Shown: positions 45,947 to 56,703, numbered from the stretch's first letter. The stretch is 64,000 bases of DNA from an uncultured Chloroflexia bacterium (GCA_963707215.1 CAVPPB010000001.1:224001-288000); one strand, 5' to 3'. A program made the numbers and translations. Notes: generated by a model from the sequence alone, not told the origin.

Positions 45947-47941
45947 TCATGGCTTGGCTCCGGTCGCGGATGGGGTCTGGACTGCCGGTCGGGCGCCTCG
46001 CCCTCGGGCGAGCAGGCGGACCTGGTCGCGCCGGCGGTCGAGCGAGCGGCGCTCGGAATCGATCTCGCGAGCGGCGCTCAGCAGCTCGCGGATGGCGGCG
46101 GTGTCGCCGCGGGCTTCGGCCTCGGCCTGGGCCGCGGAGTTGAAGGCGGCGCGCTCCTCGAGCCGCTCCGCCTCGAGGGTCAGCAGGCAGGATTCGACCG
46201 CGTAGTGCTGGCGATCGACCGTCAGGGCCGCAGGGTCGGGGCCCTGGCGGGCGTACAGCCCGATGGCCAGCGCGCGTGTCTCGTCGTCGAGGCTCTCGAG
46301 CAGCTTGGTCCGGTCGAACATGCCCGGCACGCCATGATCGTCGGGAGCCCGCATCAGGACGACAGCCCGGAGCAGCTCCCGCGCCAGCGTGGAGGGCAGC
46401 TGGTCCGGCGAGATGGAGTCGGCGACCTGGATCTGCAGCGACGGAACGAGGAGGACGAGGCGCAGGAGCTCGGCCTCGACCGGGCTGACGGCCCTGACGA
46501 CCTCCTCGGGACTGACCTGCTCGCGGGCCGCCCGGACCGCCTCGAGCGACAGGCGCGTCCCGACATGATCGCCCTCCCCTGCCCCGCCGGGCCGGGCCGC
46601 TCCCAGGGGCGACGGCTTGGCGTGGAGCACCTCCAGGAGGGTCCGCTCCTCGAGTCCGGAGCGGCGAGCCAGGATCTGGACGTACGAATCCCGGACGACC
46701 GGATCGGCGACGCGCCGGAGCGTCGGCATGACGCCGTCCACCAGGCGCTTGCGGCCCTCGGGCTTGCTGACGTCGACCCGCGCCGCGTGGTAGTCGATGA
46801 GGTAGGTCAGGATCGGGTCGGGGGCCTCGGTGGCGGTCCGCCAGGTCTCCGGTGTCTCGCGGATGACCTCGTCGGGATCCTTGCCCTCGGGGAGGCGGAC
46901 CACGCCGACGTCGGTCAGGCCCACGGAGCCGTCACCGGCCTGGACCTCGGAGATGAGCGCGTTGAGCTCGGTCACCCCGAACGTGCCGGCCGACTGGCCG
47001 GCCGGGTCCACGTCGTAGGCGAGGGCGATCCGCTTGGCGTAGCGGGTCAGCAGGGCGACCTGGCCGGGGGTCAGGGCGGTCCCCAGGGACGCGACGACGT
47101 TGGCGAAGCCGGCCTGGTGGGCCATCAGGGCGTCGGTGTACCCCTCGACGAGGACCGCCTGGCCGGACTTGCGCATGGCGCTCTTGGCCCGATCGACCAG
47201 GTAGAGGGTCCGGCTCTTGTCGAAGAGCGGCGTCGACGGTGAGTTGAGGTACTTGGGGCCCGGATCACGGCCTTCAGGCACGGCCGTCTCCAGGATCCGG
47301 CCGCCCATGCCGGTCGCGCCGCCGCTGGCATCGCGGATCGGGAAGATGAGGCGCGACCGGAAGCGGTCGTAGACGCCGCGACCGCTGCTTCGAGGCATCG
47401 CCAGACCCACCTCGACCAGCTCGGGGCCGGCGATCTGGCGACGAGACGCCAGCTGGCGGACGAGGTTGTCCCAGCCGCCGGGCGCCCAGCCGAGCTGGAA
47501 GCGCTCGATCGTCTCGTCGGTGAAGCCTCGACCCCTGAGGTAGTCCAGGGCGGGCTGGCCGGTCTTCGAGGCAGTCAGGACCGTGTGGTAGAAGGCGATC
47601 GCCGTCTCCATGACCTCGCGGAGGCGGGATCGGCGAGCGTCCTCCTGGCGGGTCCGCTCGTCAAGCTCGACACCGGCCCGTGCAGCCAGCTGGCGAAGCG
47701 CATCCGGGAACGACAGCCCGTCGCGCTCCATGACGAAGCTGAAGACGTCGCCGCCCTTGCCGCAGCCGAAGCATTTGTAGGTCTCGCGGCCGGGCGTGAC
47801 GATGAAGCTCGGCGTCTTCTCCGAGTGGAACGGACAGAGACCCTTGAAGGTGGTCCCCGCCTTCTTGAGCTGGACCGTCTCGCCGACGACGTCGACGATG
47901 CTGAGCCGGCTCTTGATCTCGGCAGTGACGCCGACCGTCAA
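45947..47941 (-). CDS. dnaG: DNA primase
   Basis: [11 protein letters not shown]...CFGC zinc finger, KYLNSP, VEGYTD, YDVDPAG and KDPDE (Toprim). Confidence 0.96.
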   Translation of the reverse strand: MTVGVTAEIKSRLSIVDVVGETVQLKKAGTTFKGLCPFHSEKTPSFIVTPGRETYKCFGCGKGGDVFSFVMERDGLSFPDALRQLAARAGVELDERTRQEDARRSRLREVMETAIAFYHTVLTASKTGQPALDYLRGRGFTDETIERFQLGWAPGGWDNLVRQLASRRQIAGPELVEVGLAMPRSSGRGVYDRFRSRLIFPIRDASGGATGMGGRILETAVPEGRDPGPKYLNSPSTPLFDKSRTLYLVDRAKSAMRKSGQAVLVEGYTDALMAHQAGFANVVASLGTALTPGQVALLTRYAKRIALAYDVDPAGQSAGTFGVTELNALISEVQAGDGSVGLTDVGVVRLPEGKDPDEVIRETPETWRTATEAPDPILTYLIDYHAARVDVSKPEGRKRLVDGVMPTLRRVADPVVRDSYVQILARRSGLEERTLLEVLHAKPSPLGAARPGGAGEGDHVGTRLSLEAVRAAREQVSPEEVVRAVSPVEAELLRLVLLVPSLQIQVADSISPDQLPSTLARELLRAVVLMRAPDDHGVPGMFDRTKLLESLDDETRALAIGLYARQGPDPAALTVDRQHYAVESCLLTLEAERLEERAAFNSAAQAEAEARGDTAAIRELLSAAREIDSERRSLDRRRDQVRLLARGRGARPAVQTPSATGAKP

Positions 47942-48010
47942 CCGGACCTCCTGCGGGGCTCGTCTCGCGGCGAGTCTCTCGCTCGCCCGACCCTGGCGGA
48001 CATGACATCG

Positions 48011-48033
48011 GGCCTGTCAAGTCTTGACAGGCC
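48011..48033. promoter_or_regulatory. Perfect inverted repeat GGCCTGTCAAG-T-CTTGACAGGCC (candidate operator)
   Basis: 11-bp arms, just downstream of the predicted dnaG promoter. Confidence 0.6.
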
Positions 48034-48046
48034 TCCGCGGGTACCG

Positions 48047-48075
48047 ATTGTGGGCCTGGGACCCCTGGCTGTCAA
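48047..48075 (-). promoter_or_regulatory. Sigma70-type promoter for dnaG-rpoD
   Basis: TTGACA (48075-48070), 17-nt spacer, CACAAT (48052-48047). Confidence 0.7.
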
Positions 48076-48152
48076 GACCCTTGTCAATACTCCATGGGGG
48101 TATCTTGATTGGACCCGGCGCCGAGCGGATCTCGACGCGCTAGACTCCCGCC

Positions 48153-49070
48153 GTGACGACCGAGACCGGCCACCTCGCCGCGGCGGTCGAGCCCCGGCGG
48201 GGCTCGCGCTCACGCGCGCGCGACCTGCTTCGTCTCACCGGCCAGCTCGGACACGTGCTGACCCAGGCGATCGCCGACCGTCTGGACGATCGTCGCCTGG
48301 TCTCGAACGAGACCGTTCTGCTGGTCAGCGCGCTCGCCGCGCGTGGCCCGCTCCGGCCTCGCGATCTCCTGCCGGTGACGGGGGTGACGAGCGGCGGTAT
48401 GACGAGGCAGCTCGATCGCCTTGAGAGACTCGGGCTCATCGAGCGCTCGTTCGGAGCTGTTCCCGGCGACCGACGGGCCAGCCGTGTCGCCCTCACGGAT
48501 GCCGGTCGACGAGCGGCCGAGTCGATGGGGGCCGCCATCGATGACGAGACCGACCGTCTGCGGGACTTCGTGCACGAGGCGACGGATCTGCTCGGAGCGG
48601 AGACCACGAACGCGGCCCCGCTCGAGCCCTCGGTCGTCCGGCGTCCGCCGGGGCTGGCTGCGGCCTCGACGGACGGATCGATGCGGCTCCTGCTCCTCCT
48701 CGGGACGTTCGGGACCGAGGTCCGTCAGGCCGTGCTGCAGGCCGGCGCCGACGACGACCTCGTCCGCAACCTGCCGATGGTGGTGCTCTGCGAGCTCGAC
48801 GAGCGGGGGTCGGCTCGCCCGGCCGACCTGATGCGTGCCTCCGGTCTCTCGAGCGGGGGGATGACCAAGCTGCTCGATCGCCTCGAGGAGCGCGGCCTCG
48901 TCGCGCGGCAGCACGGCACGGTCGATCGGGACCGGCGAGCTACCGTCGTCTCGATCACCCCCGACGGGGTGGGCCTCGTCGATCGCTTCGCCGAGAGCCT
49001 CTCTGACCGACGGGCGATCCTGCTGGGACTGGTGCACGAGGTGCGATCGGACCTGGAAGTCGGGCCCTAG
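48153..49070 (+). CDS. Tandem (two-domain) MarR family regulator
   Basis: Two winged-HTH repeats: SGGMTRQLDRLE..GLIER...DRR and SGGMTKLLDRLE..GLVAR...DRR. Confidence 0.88.
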   Translation: MTTETGHLAAAVEPRRGSRSRARDLLRLTGQLGHVLTQAIADRLDDRRLVSNETVLLVSALAARGPLRPRDLLPVTGVTSGGMTRQLDRLERLGLIERSFGAVPGDRRASRVALTDAGRRAAESMGAAIDDETDRLRDFVHEATDLLGAETTNAAPLEPSVVRRPPGLAAASTDGSMRLLLLLGTFGTEVRQAVLQAGADDDLVRNLPMVVLCELDERGSARPADLMRASGLSSGGMTKLLDRLEERGLVARQHGTVDRDRRATVVSITPDGVGLVDRFAESLSDRRAILLGLVHEVRSDLEVGP

Positions 49071-49121
49071 GCCAGGGCGAGCCCGGCGGCCGCAGGTCAG
49101 GGTGGCCGGGCGCCGAGCCGT

Positions 49122-49613
49122 CTACCAGGTGCGGATCCGGTCCGGGCGGATCCGGATCGGGACCGAGAAGTCGTCGGCGGTCGTGCGCTCGTCCATCTGC
49201 CAGTGGGCCAGGGGCTCGCGGTACTTGGCCCGGTAGGCCGGATGGACGTCGGAGCGGGCCTCGTCGGGGACCGCCCGGGCGGTCCCTTCGATGACCCCGA
49301 CCTGGTCGCCGTAGGCATCGCAGTTGAGGTGGAACGAGACCGCCCGGTTCAGGGCGATGTTGCGGACCTTGGGCGTGCCGGGCTTGCTGTAGAAGAGGAT
49401 CCCCTCGCCATCCCAGAGGAACGAGATGACGGCGGTCTGCGGACGTCCATCGGGAGCGACCGTGGTCAGCCAGCCGACGATGTCACGGGTGAGGTGCTCC
49501 CGGAGGTGCGCCGCGTCGTCGGCCAGCAGCGCGTCGCGGACCCGCTGGGGCAGGTCCTCGCTCGCCGTGAAGGCGTCCTCCGCGTCGGCCGCCGGGCGTT
49601 CGGTCGTGTCCAT
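49122..49613 (-). CDS. PPOX-class (pyridoxamine 5'-phosphate oxidase-like, probably F420-dependent) oxidoreductase
   Basis: WLTTVAPDGRPQ, FLWDG, KVRNIA.N..VS, YRAKY and FSVPIRIRP motifs. Confidence 0.85.
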   Translation of the reverse strand: MDTTERPAADAEDAFTASEDLPQRVRDALLADDAAHLREHLTRDIVGWLTTVAPDGRPQTAVISFLWDGEGILFYSKPGTPKVRNIALNRAVSFHLNCDAYGDQVGVIEGTARAVPDEARSDVHPAYRAKYREPLAHWQMDERTTADDFSVPIRIRPDRIRTW

Positions 49614-49734
49614 GGCTCCATGGTGGCGGGCGGCGGGCGAGCGGGTCCAGTGTCCGCGGTCACGAAGCCCCCGCATCGCGGGATCGCCGATCAGCCGGGC
49701 GCCACCCCGACCTCGATCCGACCGTTCCAGAGCT

Positions 49735-49870
49735 GGTAGTGGGACCGGTAGGTGGTCGAACGCCTCGGCGACCACGGCGGCGGCAGCGGCGCGGTCGAGC
49801 CCCGAGAGGTCGACGCCCGCGACCCGGACGCCGGGCACAGCCCGCCCGTCGTACCGGTGGTCACAGACGA
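49735..49870 (-). pseudogene. Fragment resembling the N-terminal region of VanW/YoaR-like peptidoglycan-binding proteins
   Basis: Isolated YDGRAVPGVRVAGVDLSGLDRAAAAAVVAEAF with no continuation of the parent protein. Confidence 0.45.
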
Positions 49871-50028
49871 GGAGCGCGGCGTCACCGAGGTACAAGTGGT
49901 GACGCGGAACCGCCGTCCCGTGTGCCATCGCGCCGACGCCCGGAGCGATGGGACGCCACAGCGACCCGCCGGGAGACCGGCGGGTCGCTGTGGCGGCGGA
50001 TCAGGCTCGCTGCTGCGAGCCGGTCGGG

Positions 50029-51558
50029 CTACTCGCTGACGGGGGCGTGGTCGGGGTCGGGCGCCGGCTCGAGCGAGCCGGGCTTGAAGTTGCCCTTGCC
50101 CTTGACGCCATTGACGTCGGAGGTGTTCTGAGCGTACTGGAGCGTCGCGTAGGCGACGGCGTCCGAGTTCACCTCGAACGCAGAGAGGTTGATGTTGTCG
50201 TAGGTGTCGCAGGCCAGGTGGTAGCAGGGGTCGTACTGCTGGCCGGCGGTGCCGCCCCAGAGCGCGGCCTCCTCGGCCGTCTTGATCCCCTCGGCGCCGG
50301 TGAACAGGCCGCCCGCGGGGATGCCGGCCGCGATGAACGGGCCGTAGTCGGAGCGGCCGCTGAAATCGGTGCCCTTGAAGGGGATCCCGCGCTCGCCGTA
50401 GAAGCGCTCGAAGGTCTTCTCGATCTGAGCGGAGCCCTCGGGTCCCGCGCCAGCGCCGACGCCGTCGCTGTCGTCGCCGTCGTAGACGAAGAAGACGTGG
50501 TTCGGCGAGCCGATCATGTCGAAGTTGAGGTAGAGGGCGATCCGGTCGAGCTCATCCTGCGACAGCTCGTTGACGTAGTAGGTCGACCCCACGAGGCCCG
50601 ACTCCTCGGCGCCCCAGAGGGCGAACCGGACCTTGTTCCGGGGATTGACCTTGCCCATCTGCTGGGCGACCTCGAGGATCGCCGCCGAGCCCGAGCCATT
50701 GTCCTGGATGCCCGGTCCGGCATTCACGGAATCGAGGTGGGCGCCGACCACGACGACGTTGTCCGAATCACCGCCGGGCGTCTCGGCGAGGACGTTGGAG
50801 GTCGTGGCGATGCCGCGGAAGGTATCGGTCTTGAGGTGCATGACGAGGCCCGGCGTCGCCGCCAGCTGCTGGCCGACTGCCTGGGTCACCGAGGTGACCG
50901 GGATGTCGAGCGTGAAGGCGTTGCCCAGGGTGCCGTTCAGGACGCCGGCGGTGTTGTTGTAGATGACCACGCCCGTGGCGCCGGCGTTGTAGGCGTTCGT
51001 CGCCTTGATGGCGAAGGTGCAGGCGCCCCGGCTGATGAGGGCGATGTGCCCGGCCGGGAAGCCGGCGAAGTCGGCCGCGTTGCAGCCGGTGATGGCGTTC
51101 GTCGTGCTCACGGGCGACGTGACGTCACCGCTACCTGAGTACGACATGATGTTGTTCACGATCGGGCCTGCGGGCGGCGGCGCGACCTGCTCCAGGATCG
51201 ACGGGCTCAGCGAGATGAACGTCTGGAACTGGAACTCCTGCACCGTGACGTCGTAGCCGGCGGCCGCGAACACGTCCGCCGCGTAGTCGACCGAGGCGTC
51301 GTAGCCGGGAGTGCCGGACGTGCGGATCCCGTTGTTGGCGTCGGCGATCGCCTGGAGCGCCGCCTGGTGCTCCCGGACGCCGTCGACCGTCACGCACTCG
51401 AGGAGCTTCTTGTGGTTGTCGTTGGTCCGCGAGTCGCAGCTCACTTGCGACGGCGAGGCCGCCAGCACCGGGACTGCGATCACCGCGGGCGCGGCCATGA
51501 GCACGGCCATCAGGATGCCGATCCGGCCGATCCTCCGGCCGGTGGGACGACTGGACAT
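50029..51558 (-). CDS. Secreted M28 family aminopeptidase with PA domain
   Basis: Signal peptide, ALISRGACTF (PA domain), GAHLDSV, DNGSGS, WGAEESGLVGS, NFDMIGS, RSDY and DPCYH motifs. Confidence 0.93.
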   Translation of the reverse strand: MSSRPTGRRIGRIGILMAVLMAAPAVIAVPVLAASPSQVSCDSRTNDNHKKLLECVTVDGVREHQAALQAIADANNGIRTSGTPGYDASVDYAADVFAAAGYDVTVQEFQFQTFISLSPSILEQVAPPPAGPIVNNIMSYSGSGDVTSPVSTTNAITGCNAADFAGFPAGHIALISRGACTFAIKATNAYNAGATGVVIYNNTAGVLNGTLGNAFTLDIPVTSVTQAVGQQLAATPGLVMHLKTDTFRGIATTSNVLAETPGGDSDNVVVVGAHLDSVNAGPGIQDNGSGSAAILEVAQQMGKVNPRNKVRFALWGAEESGLVGSTYYVNELSQDELDRIALYLNFDMIGSPNHVFFVYDGDDSDGVGAGAGPEGSAQIEKTFERFYGERGIPFKGTDFSGRSDYGPFIAAGIPAGGLFTGAEGIKTAEEAALWGGTAGQQYDPCYHLACDTYDNINLSAFEVNSDAVAYATLQYAQNTSDVNGVKGKGNFKPGSLEPAPDPDHAPVSE

Positions 51559-51718
51559 CGAGCGTCTTCCTCCCTGCGCGTCCTGACATCACGCCGGCAA
51601 CGGACGCTGACCTGCCGGCACGGTCCCCGAGGCGCGAAGTATGGGCATCGGCACGGCGACCTGCTCGGCGCCCGGGCGACCCGCGCGGCGGGCGATCGGC
51701 GGGGGCTCGCGACCGGGC

Positions 51719-52864
51719 TCAGGCGACGTCGCGGCGGATGGTGAGCGCGGCCAGGCCGGCGAAGAGCGCCGCGATCCCGACCAGGACGACGAGATCGAGC
51801 TGGAGCGCGGGCGTGGCGAGGTCGGCGCCGGCCACGAAGACGCGTCGGAGGCCGTCCACGGCGTAGGTCATCGGCATGACCGCGGTGAAGGGTCGGAGGA
51901 TCTCGGGCAGCGTGCTGACCGGGAAGAGGACGCCCGAGAGCAGGAACTGGGGAACGATGATGAGGGGGATGAACTGGACGACCTGGAGCTCGGTCCGGGC
52001 GAACGTCGAGAGGAGGATCCCGAGGCTGACGGCGCCGGCGGCGGTGAGCAGGACGACGAGGTACGCGAGGAGCGGGCTCCCGGCCGTGGGGATCCCGAGG
52101 CCGACCGAGAATGCCGGCAGCGGCCCGAGCTCGGGCACCTGGAGGTCGCCGAGCGCCCAGAGCATCAGCACCGCGACCTGGATCGCAGCGAACAGACCGA
52201 ACCCGAGGGTGTAGCCCACGACGACTTCGGTCCGCCGGACGGGTGTGGCCATGAGCCGCTCCAGCGTCCCACCGGTGCGCTCCCGGAGGAAGCTGACGCC
52301 GGTCAGGATGTAGACGAAGAAGTAGGCGAAGAAGCCGACGATGGCCGGGGCGAAGGCCGCGATGGGGTCGTCGCTGGGGGCGCCGTAGAGCGTGTCGTGG
52401 ACGACCGTCGGCAGGGCCAGGCCAAGGGCTCCGGTGGCCGCCCCGACGACGGCCTGCCGGACGATCCCGACCTGGCTGGCCTCGGCCGTGGGCTCCAGGC
52501 CGTTGGTGATCACGACGATCGTCGCCGGAGTGCCGGTCCCTACCTCCGGGGGCAGGACGAGCGCGATCGACGCGCTGCCTTCCTCCAGCATCGCCCGGGC
52601 CGTCGCCTCGTCGGCGACCTCGGTCAGGGTCCCGCCGGTCGCCTCGAGCTCCGGCGCGATCGCGGCCACGATCCGGGAGCCGATGTTGCCCGCCTCGTTG
52701 ACGACGGCCGCGTCCACCTGTGGCGCCTCGCCCTCCCGGACGATGAAGGTGATGAGGCCGGTCATCAGCACCGGGGCGACGAACAGCAGGGCCAGCGACG
52801 GACGGTCGCGCCGGATCTCCTCGACCACCCGCCGGAACAGGGCCAGAGTGCGGCGCAGGTTCAT
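51719..52864 (-). CDS. ABC-2 type transporter permease
   Basis: RERTGGTLERLMATP, PQFLLSG and PMTYAVDGLR motifs. Confidence 0.9.
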   Translation of the reverse strand: MNLRRTLALFRRVVEEIRRDRPSLALLFVAPVLMTGLITFIVREGEAPQVDAAVVNEAGNIGSRIVAAIAPELEATGGTLTEVADEATARAMLEEGSASIALVLPPEVGTGTPATIVVITNGLEPTAEASQVGIVRQAVVGAATGALGLALPTVVHDTLYGAPSDDPIAAFAPAIVGFFAYFFVYILTGVSFLRERTGGTLERLMATPVRRTEVVVGYTLGFGLFAAIQVAVLMLWALGDLQVPELGPLPAFSVGLGIPTAGSPLLAYLVVLLTAAGAVSLGILLSTFARTELQVVQFIPLIIVPQFLLSGVLFPVSTLPEILRPFTAVMPMTYAVDGLRRVFVAGADLATPALQLDLVVLVGIAALFAGLAALTIRRDVA

Positions 52865-53640
52865 CGGGGCACCTCCGCGTCGCCGCCGAAGCGCAGGAAG
52901 GCCTGCTCGAGGTCGGTCGTCCCGGCAGTCGAACGCAGCTCCGAGCCGCTGCCCCGGGCGATCACCCGGCCCGCCCGCACGAAGAGGAGCTCGTCGCAGC
53001 GGTCAGCCTCGTCCATCACGTGGCTGGAGACGACGATGGTCGTCCCAGAGTCGGCCAGCGCCCGGAAGTGGGTCCAGAACTGCACCCGGAGGAGTGGGTC
53101 GATCCCGACGGTCGGCTCGTCCAGGAAGAGGACCGGCGGCTGGTGGACGAGGGCGCAGGCCAGCGACAGCCGTCGGCGCTGCCCACCCGAGAGGGTCCCG
53201 GTGACGGCCGAGCGGCGATCCCCGAGCTCGACCAGGGCGAGGGACGCGTCGATCGCCTCCGAGTCGCGGACCCCGTAGGCGGAGGCGAAGAAGCGGACGT
53301 TCTCGCCGACCGAGAGAGCCGGGTAGACACCGTCGCTCTGGGTCATGTAGCCGATCCGTCCCAGGATCTCCCGAGAAGGCATTCGCACGCCCAGGACTTC
53401 TGCGCTGCCGTCGGTCGGTCGGGCCAGGCCCATGAGGAGGCGGATGAGGGTCGTCTTGCCGGAGCCGTTCGGGCCGAGCAGTCCATAGATCCGTCCCGGC
53501 GCGAGGTCGAAGCTGACGCCGTCGACCGCCCGGATCGACCCGAAGACCTTGACCAGCCCGGACGCCCGGATGGCCGGGGCGCCGGCCGCGGCGGGGGCGA
53601 CGTCGGCCACGTCCAGGGTGGTCGGAGTGATGTCGGTCAT
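52861..53640 (-). CDS. ABC transporter ATP-binding protein
   Basis: GPNGSGKT, LSGGQ, LDEPT and SSH motifs. Confidence 0.93.
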   Translation of the reverse strand: MTDITPTTLDVADVAPAAAGAPAIRASGLVKVFGSIRAVDGVSFDLAPGRIYGLLGPNGSGKTTLIRLLMGLARPTDGSAEVLGVRMPSREILGRIGYMTQSDGVYPALSVGENVRFFASAYGVRDSEAIDASLALVELGDRRSAVTGTLSGGQRRRLSLACALVHQPPVLFLDEPTVGIDPLLRVQFWTHFRALADSGTTIVVSSHVMDEADRCDELLFVRAGRVIARGSGSELRSTAGTTDLEQAFLRFGGDAEVPR

Positions 53641-53761
53641 CTCGCCGCACCTCGGTCTCGATCGACCCGCGGGGTCGAGCGCCGGGCCCTTCGGTTCACG
53701 GTGCGATGCTATACCTCGGTGGGCGCCCCGCGAGCCTGGGTCCCGGCTGGGTCGACGGCCG

Positions 53762-54469
53762 TCACGCCACTCCGGTGAGATCGGCGAGCATCCGCATGTC
53801 GGGGACCGTCAGGTCGGGAGCTGCGGCGGCCGGCGGCGTGGCGCCGCTCCCCGGTCGCCCCTGGCGGCGGTCGACCCAGACGGTGGCGAGACCCAGCTCC
53901 TTCGCCGGCACATGGTCGTGGTAGAGGCTCTGGGCGACGTGGAGGATCCGTCCGGTGGGGACGCCGATCCGCTCGAAGGCCAGCTCGAAGTTCCGTCGGT
54001 CCGGCTTGTAGCTGCCGGCCTGCTGGGCCGTGACGACCCAGGTGAACGGCGAGCCGAGGCGGCGAGCCGATCCCACGAACAGGTCGTCGTCGCAGTTGGT
54101 GATGACACCCAGGCGGTAGCGCTCAGCGAGCCGGGCCAGCGCCCGGGCCGAATCGGGGAAGGCCGGCCAGTCGACCACGGAGCCCGCGAACGCGTCAAGC
54201 GCCTCCGGCGAGGGCCGGGCGCCGAGCTCGTCGGCGATCCCTGCCAGCGTCCGCCGCAGGACCTCGCGGTAGGACAGGTACGGACCCGCCTCGAGGGCCG
54301 CCTCGTGGCGACCGAAGCGTGCGAGGAGCTCGTCGTCCGAGGCCCCCTCGGCGGCGCGCCGCCCGAGAGCCGCGTGGAGGGCGGTCACGATGCCGGTCTC
54401 CCAGTCGATCAGCGTCCCGTAGCAATCGAAGGTCAGCACCTCGAACCGGCCGAGGTCGAGTGACGTCAT
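53762..54469 (-). CDS. Haloacid dehalogenase type II-like HAD hydrolase
   Basis: LTFDCYGTLIDWETGI, YKPD and HVAQSLYHDHVPA motifs. Confidence 0.88.
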   Translation of the reverse strand: MTSLDLGRFEVLTFDCYGTLIDWETGIVTALHAALGRRAAEGASDDELLARFGRHEAALEAGPYLSYREVLRRTLAGIADELGARPSPEALDAFAGSVVDWPAFPDSARALARLAERYRLGVITNCDDDLFVGSARRLGSPFTWVVTAQQAGSYKPDRRNFELAFERIGVPTGRILHVAQSLYHDHVPAKELGLATVWVDRRQGRPGSGATPPAAAAPDLTVPDMRMLADLTGVA

Positions 54470-54578
54470 GGGCCCTCGCGGCGAGAGGATCCGCCGGCAC
54501 GATCCCGAGCCGGTCCGGATGTCCGTCCGAGCGTACACGGCCCAGGCCTGGCGGCCCAGGTGTGCGGCGCAGGAGCCG

Positions 54579-56000
54579 TCAGCCGCCGGCCGACCCGGTG
54601 AAGGCCTCGGGGGCGCCCTCGACGACGCGCAACGAGGCCGAGTACATCCCCATCGAGCAGGTGTAGTCGACGCGCCCGGGGCCCAGGGCCGGCAGCTCGA
54701 TGACGTTCTCGCCCTCCTGCAGGAGGATCTGGAGGCCGAGCGCGGGTGCCTGCATGAAGATCGCGCAGGAGCCGCCCTCCAGCGACTCGACGATCCAGCG
54801 GGTCGGGACGCCAGCGTAGAGCGATGCCTCGACCGGTTCGTAGCCGTTCGCGACCTGGAAGGTCCTCAGGACCTGGACGCCGTCCTCGAACGTGACGTCG
54901 GGTGCCGGGCCGGCCACGGTCGGGCCGCCGAGGTCCGGCGAGACGCCGAGCAGCCGAAGACCGGCGGCACCGTTGAGGAGGGCGAAGCCGATCACCACGA
55001 CGCCAACGACCCGGAGGGCAGTCGGGCGGACGTTGGGCGGGATGATCGCCGGCAGACCGCCCAGGGCGAGGAGTCCCGGGGCCGTCCCGAGCGCGAAGAC
55101 ACCGAGGATCGCCCCAGCGATGGCGGGCGACCCGGTCGAGAGTGCGTACACCTGGACGGCCTGGGTGAAGCCGCAGGGCAGGAAGAACGAGGCGACGCCC
55201 AGGGCGGCGGCCCGGGTATCCGAGTAGGTCGCCGCGGAGCCCTCGTGGACGCCGATGGCCCGCGCCAGGCCCGACGGCAGGGTCGGCGACCATGCGGCGA
55301 CCTTCGGCGACAGCCCGGTGAGTCGGGCGCCCAGCAGGGTCATGACCACCGCGACGGCGATCATCAGGACGGCCGTGAGCATCGGCGGCATCGTGACCGA
55401 CGCCCCGATGGCGCCGAGCCCCATGCCGAGCAGGGTGAAGCCGACGACCCGGCTGGTCACGAAGACCGCGCTGGGTCGGAGCCGGGCGATAACGCCGGCA
55501 TCGGACGACGGGTCGCGCCGCGCTTCATAGGCCGCAGACAGGGCCAGGACGAGCCCGCCCGTGAGGGCGAGGCATGTCGACACCCCGGCGGCGAGGCCCA
55601 GGAGGAGGGCGACGACGAGGCCGCCCGAGCGGATGTCACCCGCACCGGCGCCGAGCTCCGTCAGACCGGTCGTCGAGACGAGGACCGCGACGCCGGCGAG
55701 GCCCAGGGCGGCCGCACCGACGGTCGCCCACGCGCGGCGGTCCCTGGACATCCAGGGGGTCGTCCCCACGCTGTAGCCGGCCGCCTCGATGGCCGCGGCG
55801 ATCTCCTGGTCCGACACCGGCGCGGCGACCTGGACGATGACCTGGCCGCGGGTCGCCGAGGCGGCGGCGCGCTTGACGGCGGGGATCGCCCGGAGGTTGC
55901 GCTCGATGCGGCGCTCGCACGAACGGCAGGTCATCCCGGCCACCGGGACGACGAACGTCTCGGCAGGGCTCGCGGGGGACGACCGGCGGGACGCTGGCAT
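54579..56000 (-). CDS. HMA + DsbD_2/TauE-like membrane domain + cupredoxin-like fusion
   Basis: GMTCRSC (HMA), GVSTCLALTGG and PCGFTQ membrane Cys pair, C-terminal YTCSMGMY. Confidence 0.85.
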   Translation of the reverse strand: MPASRRSSPASPAETFVVPVAGMTCRSCERRIERNLRAIPAVKRAAASATRGQVIVQVAAPVSDQEIAAAIEAAGYSVGTTPWMSRDRRAWATVGAAALGLAGVAVLVSTTGLTELGAGAGDIRSGGLVVALLLGLAAGVSTCLALTGGLVLALSAAYEARRDPSSDAGVIARLRPSAVFVTSRVVGFTLLGMGLGAIGASVTMPPMLTAVLMIAVAVVMTLLGARLTGLSPKVAAWSPTLPSGLARAIGVHEGSAATYSDTRAAALGVASFFLPCGFTQAVQVYALSTGSPAIAGAILGVFALGTAPGLLALGGLPAIIPPNVRPTALRVVGVVVIGFALLNGAAGLRLLGVSPDLGGPTVAGPAPDVTFEDGVQVLRTFQVANGYEPVEASLYAGVPTRWIVESLEGGSCAIFMQAPALGLQILLQEGENVIELPALGPGRVDYTCSMGMYSASLRVVEGAPEAFTGSAGG

Positions 56001-56060
56001 GGCCGGAGCGTGCCCGGACGACGAGCTCGCCGTCAAGAGCCGGGGGAGTCCGGACGGCCC

Positions 56061-56378
56061 CTATCTCCCGGGCCGGAAGGCACGGAAGAGGCCGGAGGCG
56101 GCGAGGCCGGTCCAGAGGACGAGGCCGATCGCGACGATCGCGGTCAGGACCGGGGCGAGGTCCGCCTGCCACGCCCAGAGCCCGACCCCGATCGGGAGGA
56201 CCAGGATCCAGGCCAGGATCGCCGGCAGGATCGGCAGGCCCGTCAGCCACGCCCATGCCTCCGTGACGATGCCGGGGTCCACCAGCAGGGCGTAGGCGGC
56301 GCCGACCCACAGCACGACGAAGACGGCGGTCGCGTAGGCGACCAGAGCGATCTCGATGACCTTCGCCGGGCTCGGCAT
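56061..56378 (-). CDS. Small membrane protein
   Basis: GGAGG SD plus ATG at 56378. Three hydrophobic segments. Confidence 0.7.
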   Translation of the reverse strand: MPSPAKVIEIALVAYATAVFVVLWVGAAYALLVDPGIVTEAWAWLTGLPILPAILAWILVLPIGVGLWAWQADLAPVLTAIVAIGLVLWTGLAASGLFRAFRPGR

Positions 56379-56664
56379 GGATCCTCCGAGGCACGGTCGG
56401 CCGGGCTCACGCGGACCGATCCGAGCCGACCCTGGGCCATCGCCGGGGACCCGTGGTAGGGCCGCAGCGCCCCCCGACGACGTGCCGACCGGCCGCGCCA
56501 GCAGCACCCGCGCCCGCCTCGGGCGACTCCGGCCGGCCATCGGGTCGACCAGGACCTCCTGACGGATGGACGGACGTACCGGCTCGCGAGCGAGGCGCCC
56601 GTCAGGGTCACGATGGCGACGACCTGGCCCAGGTCCCAGGAGACTCTGCCGATCGTCCGTCAGA

Positions 56665-56703
56665 TTGACCGGCGCCGGACCCGAGCCTATCCTCGATAAT
56701 CGA
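56665..56703 (+). promoter_or_regulatory. Promoter of the SDR-MBL-ADH operon with adjacent TCGAT-A-ATCGA palindrome
   Basis: TTGACC (56665-56670), 17-nt spacer, TATCCT (56688-56693). Inverted repeat at 56693-56703. Confidence 0.55.
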
